DNA of 32,000 nucleotides from an uncultured bacterium (GCA_963704705.1 OY969931.1:1140001-1172000); one strand, 5' to 3'. Positions 19,566 to 27,959 are shown, numbered from the stretch's first letter. Notes: generated by a model from the letters alone, not told the origin. Made by a program: numbers and translations.

Positions 19566-20482
19566 AATTTTACGGTTCCGATTATTTCAGAGGCGTCCTT
19601 AACGCCGTTTTTGTCGCACCAGTCAGACATTTCTTGCGCAACCTTTCTAAAAACATCAGCGCCGCGGTAAAACACAGCTGAGCCGATTCCAACAAGTGTT
19701 GCGCCAGCCATCATAATTTCAAGCGCGTCTAAGCCTGTTGTTATTCCGCCTGTTCCTATTATTGGGAGTTTTGTTGCCTGATAAATGTCACTCACTTTTT
19801 TAACTGCGAGCGGTTTGATTGCGGGTCCGCTAATTCCGCCGACTTTGTTTGCTAAAATTGGCATTCTTGTTTCAAGATTTATTGCGAGTCCCGGGCCTAA
19901 AGTATTGATTGCACAAAATCCGTCCGCACCGCCTTCTGCGCATGCGTTAGCTATTTCTACAATGTTGGTCACGTTCGGACTAAGCTTAATTATAACCGGT
20001 TTGTTCTTTGCTACTTTTTTAACTTCTTGTGTTACTTGTTTTGCATCCATTGCAACACATGCAAAAGGCAGCCCGAGTTCATCTTCAACATTCGGACAAG
20101 AAATATTCACCTCGATAATATCCACATCAAGTTTATCAATCTCCTGCGCAATCTTTGAAAATTCATCTTTTTTGCCTGCCATAATGTTAGCAATTAATGG
20201 TGCAGGTTTATTTTTTGAATAAAGTGCGATCTCTTCTTTGGCTTTTTCTATACCCGCATCAGGAGCTCCAACCGCATTCATCATCCAGTGTTCTGTTGTT
20301 ATAATTGTTGGATTCGGATGGCCAATGTGTTCGTTAAGCCAGATTGATTTTGTTGTGATTCCGCCTGCACCACTGTTCACCACACTTTTCCATGTTGATG
20401 CGGTCACGCCTAAAACGCCTGAAGCTAGAACCGTTGGGTTCACAAATTCAGTTCCAAGATATTTTACTTTAAGGTTGGCCAT
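19562..20482 (-). CDS. pyrD: Dihydroorotate dehydrogenase, class 1B
   Basis: NPTVLASGVLG, DIIEVNISCPN, KPVIIKLSPNV, PIIGTGGITTGLDALEIMMAGATLVGIGSAV; 4-nt overlap with pyrK. Confidence 0.95.
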   Translation of the reverse strand: MANLKVKYLGTEFVNPTVLASGVLGVTASTWKSVVNSGAGGITTKSIWLNEHIGHPNPTIITTEHWMMNAVGAPDAGIEKAKEEIALYSKNKPAPLIANIMAGKKDEFSKIAQEIDKLDVDIIEVNISCPNVEDELGLPFACVAMDAKQVTQEVKKVAKNKPVIIKLSPNVTNIVEIANACAEGGADGFCAINTLGPGLAINLETRMPILANKVGGISGPAIKPLAVKKVSDIYQATKLPIIGTGGITTGLDALEIMMAGATLVGIGSAVFYRGADVFRKVAQEMSDWCDKNGVKDASEIIGTVKL

Positions 20483-20503
20483 TTGGTTAATTTAGGGTCC
20501 TTC

Positions 20504-20568
20504 AGAGACGCAAGTCTCTAGCGAGCAAAAACATATCGCGAGCTTAGCATGAGTCCCGCTAAGCGGGA
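20504..20568 (-). promoter_or_regulatory. Structured leader upstream of pyrD
   Basis: Inverted repeats AGAGAC-gcaa-GTCTCT (20504-20519), TCCCGCT-a-AGCGGGA (20554-20568), and a mutually exclusive GCTTAGC/GCTAAGC pair (20542-20548/20558-20564). Confidence 0.4.
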
Positions 20569-20643
20569 TGAATTCCTTTAATATTTAATCATAAAAGTAG
20601 GAGGCTGACTAGGAAAAGATTTAAGTGTTTCATATTTGCCCTC

Positions 20644-20781
20644 CTACTTGATGATCCCATACACGATGAGTCCCAGAAGCACTATGCAGAAGACTATAAG
20701 TCTGATGTACAGCCATACTGCTTCGGCATCTTCGATCGCCTTGAGTTCCTCAGGTGTCGGGTTCTCAAACATTTTAAACAC
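20644..20781 (-). CDS. Micro-protein (45 aa), one predicted TM helix
   Basis: Direct translation from GTG: MFKMFENPTPEELKAIEDAEAVWLYIRLIVFCIVLLGLIVYGIIK*; GGAGG 7 nt upstream of GTG. Not in the ORF track. Confidence 0.65.
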   Translation of the reverse strand: MFKMFENPTPEELKAIEDAEAVWLYIRLIVFCIVLLGLIVYGIIK

Positions 20782-20799
20782 TTCGGTTCCTCCTTTCTA

Positions 20800-20816
20800 G
20801 TCAGCCGTTAGCTGAC
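20800..20816. other. Hairpin between micro-ORFs
   Basis: GTCAGC-cgtta-GCTGAC perfect 6-bp stem. Confidence 0.5.
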
Positions 20817-20818
20817 GT

Positions 20819-20962
20819 TCAAGCGAACAAAACAACGAGATCTGCAACTGCAAGCGCAAAAGCACCATGAACCATGTAGTTCGGATTGCTAAGCGCAACA
20901 ATAGCAGCCCCAAATCCGACAACAAATGCTCCAACGCAAAGTGCTGCCATAAGTTTAGACAA
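20819..20962 (-). CDS. Micro-protein (47 aa), hydrophobic
   Basis: From TTG: MSKLMAALCVGAFVVGFGAAIVALSNPNYMVHGAFALAVADLVVLFA*, preceded by GGGGGG; preferred over the longer 106-aa reading. Confidence 0.6.
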   Translation of the reverse strand: MSKLMAALCVGAFVVGFGAAIVALSNPNYMVHGAFALAVADLVVLFA

Positions 20963-20985
20963 TTTTGCCCCCCTTTTTACAATAT

Positions 20986-21102
20986 CTAGCTCAGGTTGAT
21001 GTTTTGGTAGATGCAGAACCCCACGAACAGAGCCTCTGTTCCTACCATGAAAGCAAAAATCAAAACGTCCCAATGCTTTTGGATCCACTTGCGAGTCGTC
21101 AT
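20986..21102 (-). CDS. Micro-protein (38 aa), one TM helix
   Basis: Direct translation: MTTRKWIQKHWDVLIFAFMVGTEALFVGFCIYQNINLS*; GGAGGG SD 6-7 nt upstream. Not in ORF track. Confidence 0.65.
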   Translation of the reverse strand: MTTRKWIQKHWDVLIFAFMVGTEALFVGFCIYQNINLS

Positions 21103-21106
21103 TCTG

Positions 21107-21150
21107 TGTCCCTCCGTTTAACGCCAGCCCTGTTTTCAAAGGACCAGCAC
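21107..21150 (-). promoter_or_regulatory. Shared leader element, copy 1
   Basis: minus strand GTCCTTTGAAAACAGGGCTGGCGTTAAACGGAGGGACA; similar to 21671-21710. Confidence 0.5.
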
Positions 21151-21201
21151 TAAAACACTTTGTTTGAAGGTTTGTAGCGCAAAAAACCCTTTAAGGTGAG
21201 T

Positions 21202-21230
21202 ATAGTAAAGTATTTAAAATTTTAAAACAA
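21202..21230 (-). promoter_or_regulatory. Possible promoter of the micro-ORF set 21102->20644
   Basis: minus strand TTGTTT - 17 nt - TACTAT. Confidence 0.4.
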
Positions 21231-21243
21231 GTTTTTATTTGGG

Positions 21244-21274
21244 AATTCGGCTGGCGGGGTTGTTGTGCCGAATT
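21244..21274 (-). terminator. Hairpin downstream of the 80-aa ORF (possible terminator/processing site)
   Basis: AATTCGGC - 15 nt - GCCGAATT perfect 8-bp stem; weak T tract. Confidence 0.4.
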
Positions 21275-21284
21275 GGAAGGATTC

Positions 21285-21527
21285 TCATGACTTTGGCTTT
21301 AGTGCGATGATGAGAAGATAGATCATGAGACCTATCAATCCCAATGCACAAAGCGATGCACATATTCCGAAAATGATCGAACCCAGAGCAAAGGGCTTGC
21401 CTCCGGCCACGAAACGGTCGGCATCACAGCATGAGAGCATGAGAAGAAAGGTGAGAAGCCCGATGCATGCAAACAGCATCAGTGCTTTTTTGATGGGAGA
21501 GGGCTCGTAAGGTTCAAGTTTCTTCAT
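21285..21527 (-). CDS. Small hypothetical membrane protein (80 aa, 2 TM)
   Basis: MKKLEPYEPSPIKKALMLFACIGLLTFLLMLSCCDADRFVAGGKPFALGSIIFGICASLCALGLIGLMIYLLIIALKPKS; start overlaps the previous stop (ATGA). Confidence 0.7.
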   Translation of the reverse strand: MKKLEPYEPSPIKKALMLFACIGLLTFLLMLSCCDADRFVAGGKPFALGSIIFGICASLCALGLIGLMIYLLIIALKPKS

Positions 21528-21664
21528 GGTTTCCTTTCATGTAAGTTTACGTTGCAGCTTGGGGCCTTTAAATCTCCTCTTTCGAGTGAAACCGAGAATC
21601 CCAAGGCCAGCATCAGTGCCATCAGCACGAATGCGAACAACACGAACGCGTTACTTCCCTTCAC
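21524..21664 (-). CDS. Micro-protein (46 aa), one TM helix
   Basis: From GTG: MKGSNAFVLFAFVLMALMLALGFSVSLERGDLKAPSCNVNLHERKP*; GGAGG 6-7 nt upstream. Not in ORF track. Confidence 0.62.
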   Translation of the reverse strand: MKGSNAFVLFAFVLMALMLALGFSVSLERGDLKAPSCNVNLHERKP

Positions 21665-21670
21665 TTTTTG

Positions 21671-21710
21671 TCCTCCAATTTTCCGCCAGCCTGATTTTCA
21701 AAGGTCTGGC
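21671..21710 (-). promoter_or_regulatory. Shared leader element, copy 2
   Basis: minus strand GCCAGACCTTTGAAAATCAGGCTGGCGGAAAATTGGAGGACA. Confidence 0.5.
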
Positions 21711-21782
21711 TAAATCTGCTTGTTTTGCGATTCTAACCTAATCCTTTGGAAAAGAATTAAAGCACAGGGTAAACAAATTTGC

Positions 21783-21809
21783 AAATAGTCAAATTTTCCC
21801 CGGGGAAAA
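21783..21809. repeat. 27-bp repeat with CCCCGGGG palindrome, copy 1 (pyrC 3' flank, terminator-like)
   Basis: AAATAGTCAAATTTTCCCCGGGGAAAA; identical to 29052-29078; abuts the pyrC stop codon. Confidence 0.9.
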
Positions 21810-23117
21810 CTATAATGAAACCTCGGCACCCTTCAAATCTCCTGAATTTACTATCTTGCCATCTTTCATTCCCAATATACCATTAACAAATGTCATTACT
21901 GGCCAGCCTTTGAGCTTTCGGCCATTGTACGGTGACCATCCGCATTTGGTATAAAGCTCAGAATTCTTGACCTCACGCATCAAATTCATATCAACAACAG
22001 TTAAATCAGCGTCATAACCTGCTTTAATTTGCCCCTTTTTCTTTAAACCGAATAATTCAGCAGGTTTTCTGCTCAACAATTCAACAACATGTTTTAATTC
22101 AATTTTCTCATCATTAACAGCATTAAGCATTAAAGCCAGCGTAGTATCAAGTTCGGGAATTCCTGATGGAGCTTCAATATAAGGTTTTTCTTTCTCTTTT
22201 TTCAGATGCGGAGCATGATCCGACGCTATTATTGTAATTATTCCGTCATTTAATGCCTTCCACAAAACATCTTGATCGTGCTGGCCGCGCACAGGCGGAT
22301 TAACTTTAATAAAATTTCCTAGCCTGACATAATCGCGAATCGCCAAAAATAAATGGTGCGGAGCAACTTCGCATGTAATTTTTTTGCTGCCGAATTTACG
22401 CATTAAGCCAACTTCTTTTTTAGTGCTCATGTGGCAAAGATGCAATCTGCCCTCTGTTTTTTTTGCAATGTGTATTGCTTTTTTTGCTGCCTCAAAAGCT
22501 ATTTCGTCGCTGCGAATTAAGCTGTGCACTTCAGGTGTGTTGTCGCCTTTATATGTATCAGCGTGTTTTTTCATCAGACTTTCATCTTCAGCATGAATCG
22601 CAACAATACGCTCTGTTGAATTAAGCATTTTTTCCAAAACTTCAGATGACTTTTCTATACCGTCCTTAATTTGAATTCCTGTTGTTGCACCCATATAAAC
22701 TTTATATCCAACAATACCTTCAGCTTTCATACACTCATCAAAGTTGTCAGGCCCTGCTCCAAAAAACAAACCATAATTCACCAAAGCCTTCTTGCTAATA
22801 ATCGCGCGTTTTGCCTCAAGCGCCTTAACTGTTGTTGTTGGAGGTTTTGTATTAGGCATGTCAAAAACAGTTGTGAAACCTCCTGCTAAAGCTGCCTTTG
22901 AACCTGTTGTCCAGTCCTCCTTTTCTTCGTTACCAGGTGTTCTAAAATGAACATGAGCGTCAATACAGCCCGGAATCAAATATTTACCTGTTAAATTATA
23001 TTCTTTATCAGCTTTCACATTAATTGTTTCTGCAACCTTTTCGATTACTGCGCCGTTCACAAGCACATCTTTGGTTGTTCCGTCAGCTAATTTTGCATTT
23101 TTGAATAGGGTTTTCAT
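21810..23117 (-). CDS. pyrC: Dihydroorotase
   Basis: IPGCIDAHVHFRTPGNEEKEDW, FDMPNTKPP, CHMSTKKEV, CEVAPHHLFL, IIASDHAPHLKKEK. Confidence 0.95.
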   Translation of the reverse strand: MKTLFKNAKLADGTTKDVLVNGAVIEKVAETINVKADKEYNLTGKYLIPGCIDAHVHFRTPGNEEKEDWTTGSKAALAGGFTTVFDMPNTKPPTTTVKALEAKRAIISKKALVNYGLFFGAGPDNFDECMKAEGIVGYKVYMGATTGIQIKDGIEKSSEVLEKMLNSTERIVAIHAEDESLMKKHADTYKGDNTPEVHSLIRSDEIAFEAAKKAIHIAKKTEGRLHLCHMSTKKEVGLMRKFGSKKITCEVAPHHLFLAIRDYVRLGNFIKVNPPVRGQHDQDVLWKALNDGIITIIASDHAPHLKKEKEKPYIEAPSGIPELDTTLALMLNAVNDEKIELKHVVELLSRKPAELFGLKKKGQIKAGYDADLTVVDMNLMREVKNSELYTKCGWSPYNGRKLKGWPVMTFVNGILGMKDGKIVNSGDLKGAEVSL

Positions 23118-24004
23118 GCTAGGAGTGTTAAGAGCGCCATCCTTACAGCAACTCCATATTCAACCTGTTTAAAATATTTTGCGTTTTCCATCTCATCCAC
23201 ATCATGCGAAATTTCATGAACTCGTGGAAGCGGGTGCATAATTATAGCATTCGGACACAATTCTTCAATCAGCTTTTTATTCAAAATATATACATCTTTT
23301 AATGTTTCATATTCCTGACTGTCAGCAAACCTTTCCTGTTGGATTCTTGTGCAGTACAAAACATCAGCCTCTTTAATGCCCTCCTTAAAATCTTCTGATT
23401 CTTCATATTTAATTCCCTTTTCATCCAAAAACTCTTTAACTTCAGGCTTCATTTTAAGTTCAGGAGGAGAAACAAATTTAAATTCAACATCATAATTCGC
23501 AAGCAGATAAGCCAGAGAATTCGGACATCTTCCATATCTCAGATCACCGGTCATCACAACTTTAAGTCCATCAAGCTTTCCCAGTTCTTTTTGAATCGTA
23601 AATAAATCCAATAATGCCTGAGTTGGATGCTGGCCAGCCCCGTCGCCTGCATTTATAACCGGAACGCTTGAGTTTTTCGCGAAAATAGTTGCTGAACCAC
23701 TGTCTGGATGTCTTACAACAATCACATCCGCAAACTTAGAAACAACTTTTGCAGTGTCATCAAGAGTTTCGCCTTTAACAATTGAACTAGCACCTACATC
23801 AGTCACACTAATTACACTGCCTCCTAACTTATGCATTGCTGTTTCAAATGAAAGGCGTGTACGTGTAGAAGGCTCATAAAAAAGGGCTGCGAGGATCTTT
23901 CCTTTTAAATCGTCACCTCTGTAATTCAAAAAAGACTCAGCTTTCTGAAGTATCTCTTCAATTTCTTTTTTAGAAAGCTGTTCTGAGTTAAGTAAATGTT
24001 GCAT
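23114..24004 (-). CDS. pyrB: Aspartate carbamoyltransferase catalytic subunit
   Basis: FYEPSTRTRLSFETAMHKLGG, VVRHPDSGS, NAGDGAGQHPTQALLDLFTI, IMHPLPRVHEI; 4-nt overlap with pyrC. Confidence 0.95.
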   Translation of the reverse strand: MQHLLNSEQLSKKEIEEILQKAESFLNYRGDDLKGKILAALFYEPSTRTRLSFETAMHKLGGSVISVTDVGASSIVKGETLDDTAKVVSKFADVIVVRHPDSGSATIFAKNSSVPVINAGDGAGQHPTQALLDLFTIQKELGKLDGLKVVMTGDLRYGRCPNSLAYLLANYDVEFKFVSPPELKMKPEVKEFLDEKGIKYEESEDFKEGIKEADVLYCTRIQQERFADSQEYETLKDVYILNKKLIEELCPNAIIMHPLPRVHEISHDVDEMENAKYFKQVEYGVAVRMALLTLLA

Positions 24005-24090
24005 GCTACTTGATTATAATTGTAAACAGTTTAACACTTTACAAAAAAATTCAAAGTGGTAAGATCTCCACCTATACATAATCTAAAAAT

Positions 24091-24999
24091 ATGTCAGAAA
24101 AATTAATTTTAAATAAACCTAATAAAGCAATTGATTGTATGAAAAGATGGATGGCAATGGATTTTGAACAAATGTCCGACACTGATCATTTTGCTGCATT
24201 CTATGGTTATTGCGAAATGTTAGCTGAAGAACTTGAATCAACACAAGGTATTGATTTAAGTATTATAAAAAATAAATTAAATAAAATGCTGGGTACCTAT
24301 AAAGAATTAATGGACATACGTTACCCTGATGCTATGTCAGGATTAGATTCCAGTTATTCTCATTTTACTCCATTGGAAAGGATTTCAATGCGAAACGAGC
24401 CTATGCTTCTTGAAATTAGTATGAATCAGTTAATGATTGAATTCAAAGAAATTGCTGAAAGACTCCTTGAAATGATTGAAGATGATGAATCCCCTGACAA
24501 AGTATATGATTTCAAAATTCTGGGAGATGATGTTGAGCAACAACTGGAAAGTATTGTAGGAGAAGTTGAATCATTATCAACCATTCCTGATGATGTTGAA
24601 ATGGACAGACTTATTTTTAGAAATTTATACGAGCATACAAGTATTCTTTTACAGCTTATAATTGAAAGAGGTAAATTAATCAGCCTATCACAAGAAGATA
24701 CTGATAAATTCATAGGCATGATAACTGCTATAGAAGAGGTTTTATTTGATGCTGAAATTGATCAAAACCGGCTTAAAGATGGCTACGATGAAATGGCTAA
24801 AGTAGCGCAAACTTTTCTGAATCGAATAAAAGTAACTCCTGAAGAACTTGAAGCAAATCAGACAGAAAGGGACGAATTTAATGATATTGCAGTAGGAAGC
24901 ACTTTGGGCGCGGTAGTCGAAGGAGTACGTGAAAAACTTATGGGCGCTTTGGTATTAATTAAAGGTGATAGACCTAAAGACCCATCCCAAAGTAATTAA
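24091..24999 (+). CDS. Hypothetical acidic, mostly helical protein (302 aa)
   Basis: Long ORF divergent from pyrB; no family recognised; 26-nt 3' overlap with the convergent ugd-like gene. Confidence 0.75.
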   Translation: MSEKLILNKPNKAIDCMKRWMAMDFEQMSDTDHFAAFYGYCEMLAEELESTQGIDLSIIKNKLNKMLGTYKELMDIRYPDAMSGLDSSYSHFTPLERISMRNEPMLLEISMNQLMIEFKEIAERLLEMIEDDESPDKVYDFKILGDDVEQQLESIVGEVESLSTIPDDVEMDRLIFRNLYEHTSILLQLIIERGKLISLSQEDTDKFIGMITAIEEVLFDAEIDQNRLKDGYDEMAKVAQTFLNRIKVTPEELEANQTERDEFNDIAVGSTLGAVVEGVREKLMGALVLIKGDRPKDPSQSN

Positions 25000-26167
25000 A
25001 ACCGGCCAGCCTTACTTCATCCGGTTCATAAATATTTCGGCCATCAATCAATGTGTCGCCTTTCATTAATCTGCGCGCTTTTTTAAGGTCGAGCCCCTTA
25101 AATTCATCCCACTCGGTAAGGATAATCAGTGCGTCGGAATCATCACAAACTTCATATGGATTTTGGCATGTATTGTGTTTAGATTTTGCCTGAGGATCGT
25201 AGCAAGCCACATTTGCGCCTTCTTTGTGAAGTGCATTGATTATTTCAAGTGATGGAGCGTCGCGCATGTCATCGGTATTTGGCTTAAACGAAAGCCCTAA
25301 AATACCAATTCTTCTTCCGCGTAAATCCATTTGAGATTTTAATTTTTCAATGACTCTTTGTTTTTGGATTTTGTTTGCTTTGTCAGCGCCGCGCAGTACA
25401 AGAAAGTCGTTTTCTTCTGATTGATTTAAGATCGCCTGTAGATCTTTTGGAAGGCATGATCCTCCGAAACCAACTCCGGCTTCCAAAAATTCAGGGCCGA
25501 TTCGTGTGTCGTATTTAAGAGATTGCTGAAGTTTTTTAAAATCAGCTCCTGTTTTTTCGCAATAATTCGCGAATTCATTAATAAAAGAAATCTTTGTTGC
25601 AAGATAAGCGTTTGCAGCATATTTGCTAAGTTCTGCGGTTTTTAAATCAGTAAAAATAATCGGAGAATCAAATGGTTCATACAATTGCTGCATAATCGCT
25701 TTGCTTTCTTCATTTTCAGTTCCAACAACAATTCTGTCTGGTTCAAGCGTGTCTTTTATTGCGCTGCCCTGACGCAAAAACTCAGGATTCATTATTACAT
25801 TTTCATTGTTGATTTCACTGCAGGTACCAAGCGGAACAGTTGACTTCATAACAAAAAAATCACCCTTATTTGCATGCTTTTCAATTACCTCGTTAACTGC
25901 TGTTAAATCAACTTTGCCATCAGCATCGCTCGGAGTTCCAACACAGCACATTACAATATCAGCTTTATTAAAATCCAAATCAAAACTTAAATTTTGATTG
26001 GACAAAAGTTCCGAAAGCCCTGGTTCAAAAAACGGAGCCTCCCTTTTTTTTAGTTGCGTGATTTTTTCTGCATTCTTATCTATGCAAATAACTTCATGCC
26101 CCTGCCTGGCAAAACATGCTCCTGTAATTAAGCCAACATAACCAGTACCTATAATCGCAATTTTCAT
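24974..26167 (-). CDS. UDP-glucose 6-dehydrogenase family protein
   Basis: MKIAIIGTGYVGLITGACFARQGHEVICID, STVPLGTCSE, NPEFLRQGSAI, GVGFGGSCLPKDLQAI, LSFKPNTDDMRDAPSL. Confidence 0.93.
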   Translation of the reverse strand: MKIAIIGTGYVGLITGACFARQGHEVICIDKNAEKITQLKKREAPFFEPGLSELLSNQNLSFDLDFNKADIVMCCVGTPSDADGKVDLTAVNEVIEKHANKGDFFVMKSTVPLGTCSEINNENVIMNPEFLRQGSAIKDTLEPDRIVVGTENEESKAIMQQLYEPFDSPIIFTDLKTAELSKYAANAYLATKISFINEFANYCEKTGADFKKLQQSLKYDTRIGPEFLEAGVGFGGSCLPKDLQAILNQSEENDFLVLRGADKANKIQKQRVIEKLKSQMDLRGRRIGILGLSFKPNTDDMRDAPSLEIINALHKEGANVACYDPQAKSKHNTCQNPYEVCDDSDALIILTEWDEFKGLDLKKARRLMKGDTLIDGRNIYEPDEVRLAGFNYFGMGL

Positions 26168-26190
26168 GTTTGAATTTTACAACATTTTTT

Positions 26191-26206
26191 ATACTTGCGT
26201 AAGTAT
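26191..26206. promoter_or_regulatory. Palindrome in the ugd-like / carA divergent promoter region
   Basis: ATACTT-gcgt-AAGTAT perfect 6-bp arms between divergent starts. Confidence 0.35.
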
Positions 26207-26230
26207 ATGTGTTTTATATAGAATCAATCA

Positions 26231-27304
26231 ATGATGAAGAAAGCATTTTTAGTCCTTGAGGACGGCACAAAATTAGAAGGAACTTCTTTTGGAGCAGATA
26301 CTGATTCTGCGGGAGAGGTAGTTTTTAATACAGGAATGACGGGGTATCCTGAGAGCTTAACTGATCCATCTTATAAGGGCCAGATACTTACTTTCACTTA
26401 TCCGCTTATTGGCAACTATGGCGTGCCCGGAGACGAGAAAGATGAATTTAAAATCCTTAAAAATTTCGAAAGCGGACAAATCCAGGTTAAAGGACTTGTA
26501 GTCAGCGAATACTGCGAAAAACCAAGCCACTGGAACAGCAAAAAAACACTCGGCCAATGGCTGAAAGAGCAAAAAATCCCTGCAATAAGCGGAATCGACA
26601 CAAGGGCTCTCACGCAAAAACTTCGCGAAAAAGGAACAATGCTTGGAAAAATAATGCGTGATCCATCAAAAGAACTCGCATTCTACAACCCTGACCTTGA
26701 AAATGTTGTTGCAGAAGTTAGCTGTAAAAAACCAATCGAATATAAGGCAGGCAGAAAAAAAGTCGTTTTAATTGATTGCGGTGCAAAAAACAATATTGTC
26801 CGAAGTTTGCTGGCCCGAAATTTAACAGTAATAAAAGTGCCATGGAACTATGATTTTATTGAAAAAGGATTGAAATTTGACGGGGTGTTTATTTCTAACG
26901 GTCCCGGAGACCCTGCGGTTGTAAAAGAGACTCACGAAATAATTAAAAAATGCTTAAAATCAGACAAACCCATAATGGGAATCTGCCTTGGAAATCAAAT
27001 AATGGCAATTGCTGCCGGTGGTCAGACTTATAAATTAAAATACGGACACAGAGCGCAAAATCAGCCTTGCATAGATGTTAATACCGGACGCTGTTACATT
27101 ACTTCGCAAAACCATGGGTTTGCTGTAAAAGCGAAAACACTTCCTAAAGGTTTTGAACCTTTATTTATTAATGCAAACGATAAAACAGTTGAAGGAATCA
27201 AACATACACGAAAACCTTTTATGGCAGTGCAATTCCACCCCGAAGCAACACCGGGACCAAACGACACAAATTACCTTTTTGATGAATTTGCTGGAAAACT
27301 TTAA
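26231..27304 (+). CDS. carA: Carbamoyl-phosphate synthase small subunit
   Basis: GMTGYPESLTDPSYKGQILTFTYPLIGNYGVP, SGIDTRALT, VFISNGPGDPA, PIMGICLGNQIMA, AVQFHPEATPGP. Confidence 0.96.
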   Translation: MMKKAFLVLEDGTKLEGTSFGADTDSAGEVVFNTGMTGYPESLTDPSYKGQILTFTYPLIGNYGVPGDEKDEFKILKNFESGQIQVKGLVVSEYCEKPSHWNSKKTLGQWLKEQKIPAISGIDTRALTQKLREKGTMLGKIMRDPSKELAFYNPDLENVVAEVSCKKPIEYKAGRKKVVLIDCGAKNNIVRSLLARNLTVIKVPWNYDFIEKGLKFDGVFISNGPGDPAVVKETHEIIKKCLKSDKPIMGICLGNQIMAIAAGGQTYKLKYGHRAQNQPCIDVNTGRCYITSQNHGFAVKAKTLPKGFEPLFINANDKTVEGIKHTRKPFMAVQFHPEATPGPNDTNYLFDEFAGKL

Positions 27305-27894
27305 AGCAGGGTTCGGGTTTTTTTGATATATTCTGGATATTGTTTTGGAAAAACTGCATTAAGAATTTCTTCTTCAACCTTCATTCGAAGGATTACCAAG
27401 GGAATTACAAGTATTAAAAACAGTAAAATACTGCCCTTTAAAAGCATTAAACCGGTAGCTAAAATAGCTAATATCAAAGCGCCATATTGGGGATATCTAA
27501 CTTTACCGTAAGGGCCTGATTTAATTAAAAGTTTTTTATCGTGACTATATGTTCTATCCCAACTGCAATTAGAACTTATCGCTATCCTCGCTCTTATATA
27601 AATAACCTGCGCAATTAAAAAAATTATAAACCCAAGTCTCACAAAATAAGGTTTTGTAATACTGGTAAGATCATCAAACCCGGGAATTATAAACTGGTAC
27701 GAAACAAAAAATGCAAGTAAGAGATACGCTAAAATCAAAAATCTAAGCACCCATTTTTCCTTATTTGTAAGAGGATAATTAGCCATATTATAAATACCTC
27801 CACCGCATCGATGCACCTTGATTTTTGTAATCGAATAAGTGGTTGCCATTACGGCCCATAAAATAACCACAGCTGTCCAGGCAATATCTATCAT
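27301..27894 (-). CDS. Membrane methyltransferase of the isoprenylcysteine carboxyl methyltransferase (ICMT/PEMT) type
   Basis: Polytopic 197-aa protein with C-terminal LIKSGPYGKVRYPQYGALILAILATGLML...VEEEILNAVFPKQYPEYIKKTRTLL. Confidence 0.75.
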   Translation of the reverse strand: MIDIAWTAVVILWAVMATTYSITKIKVHRCGGGIYNMANYPLTNKEKWVLRFLILAYLLLAFFVSYQFIIPGFDDLTSITKPYFVRLGFIIFLIAQVIYIRARIAISSNCSWDRTYSHDKKLLIKSGPYGKVRYPQYGALILAILATGLMLLKGSILLFLILVIPLVILRMKVEEEILNAVFPKQYPEYIKKTRTLL

Positions 27895-27932
27895 GACATG
27901 ATAATATCACGAATAGTCTGGGGTAGCGAAAC

Positions 27933-27959
27933 AAAAAAACCCGCCACAAGTGACGGGTT
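27933..27959 (-). terminator. Rho-independent terminator for minus-strand transcription
   Basis: minus strand AACCCGtCAC-tt-GTGgCGGGTT followed by a T tract; one mismatch in a 10-bp stem. Confidence 0.85.

Noticed and set aside
18400-20495. Plus-strand ORFs (18400-18690, 18919-19143, 19785-20222, 20238-20495) opposite the pyr genes
   Set aside because: Mirror frames of pyrE, pyrK and pyrD with no start context or family resemblance.
20819-21139. 106-aa minus-strand ORF in the supplied track
   Set aside because: Its N-terminal half (MKTGLALNGGTQNDDSQVDPKALG...) reads out of frame across a better SD-preceded 38-aa membrane ORF. Only the last 47 codons, from TTG 20962, look genuine.
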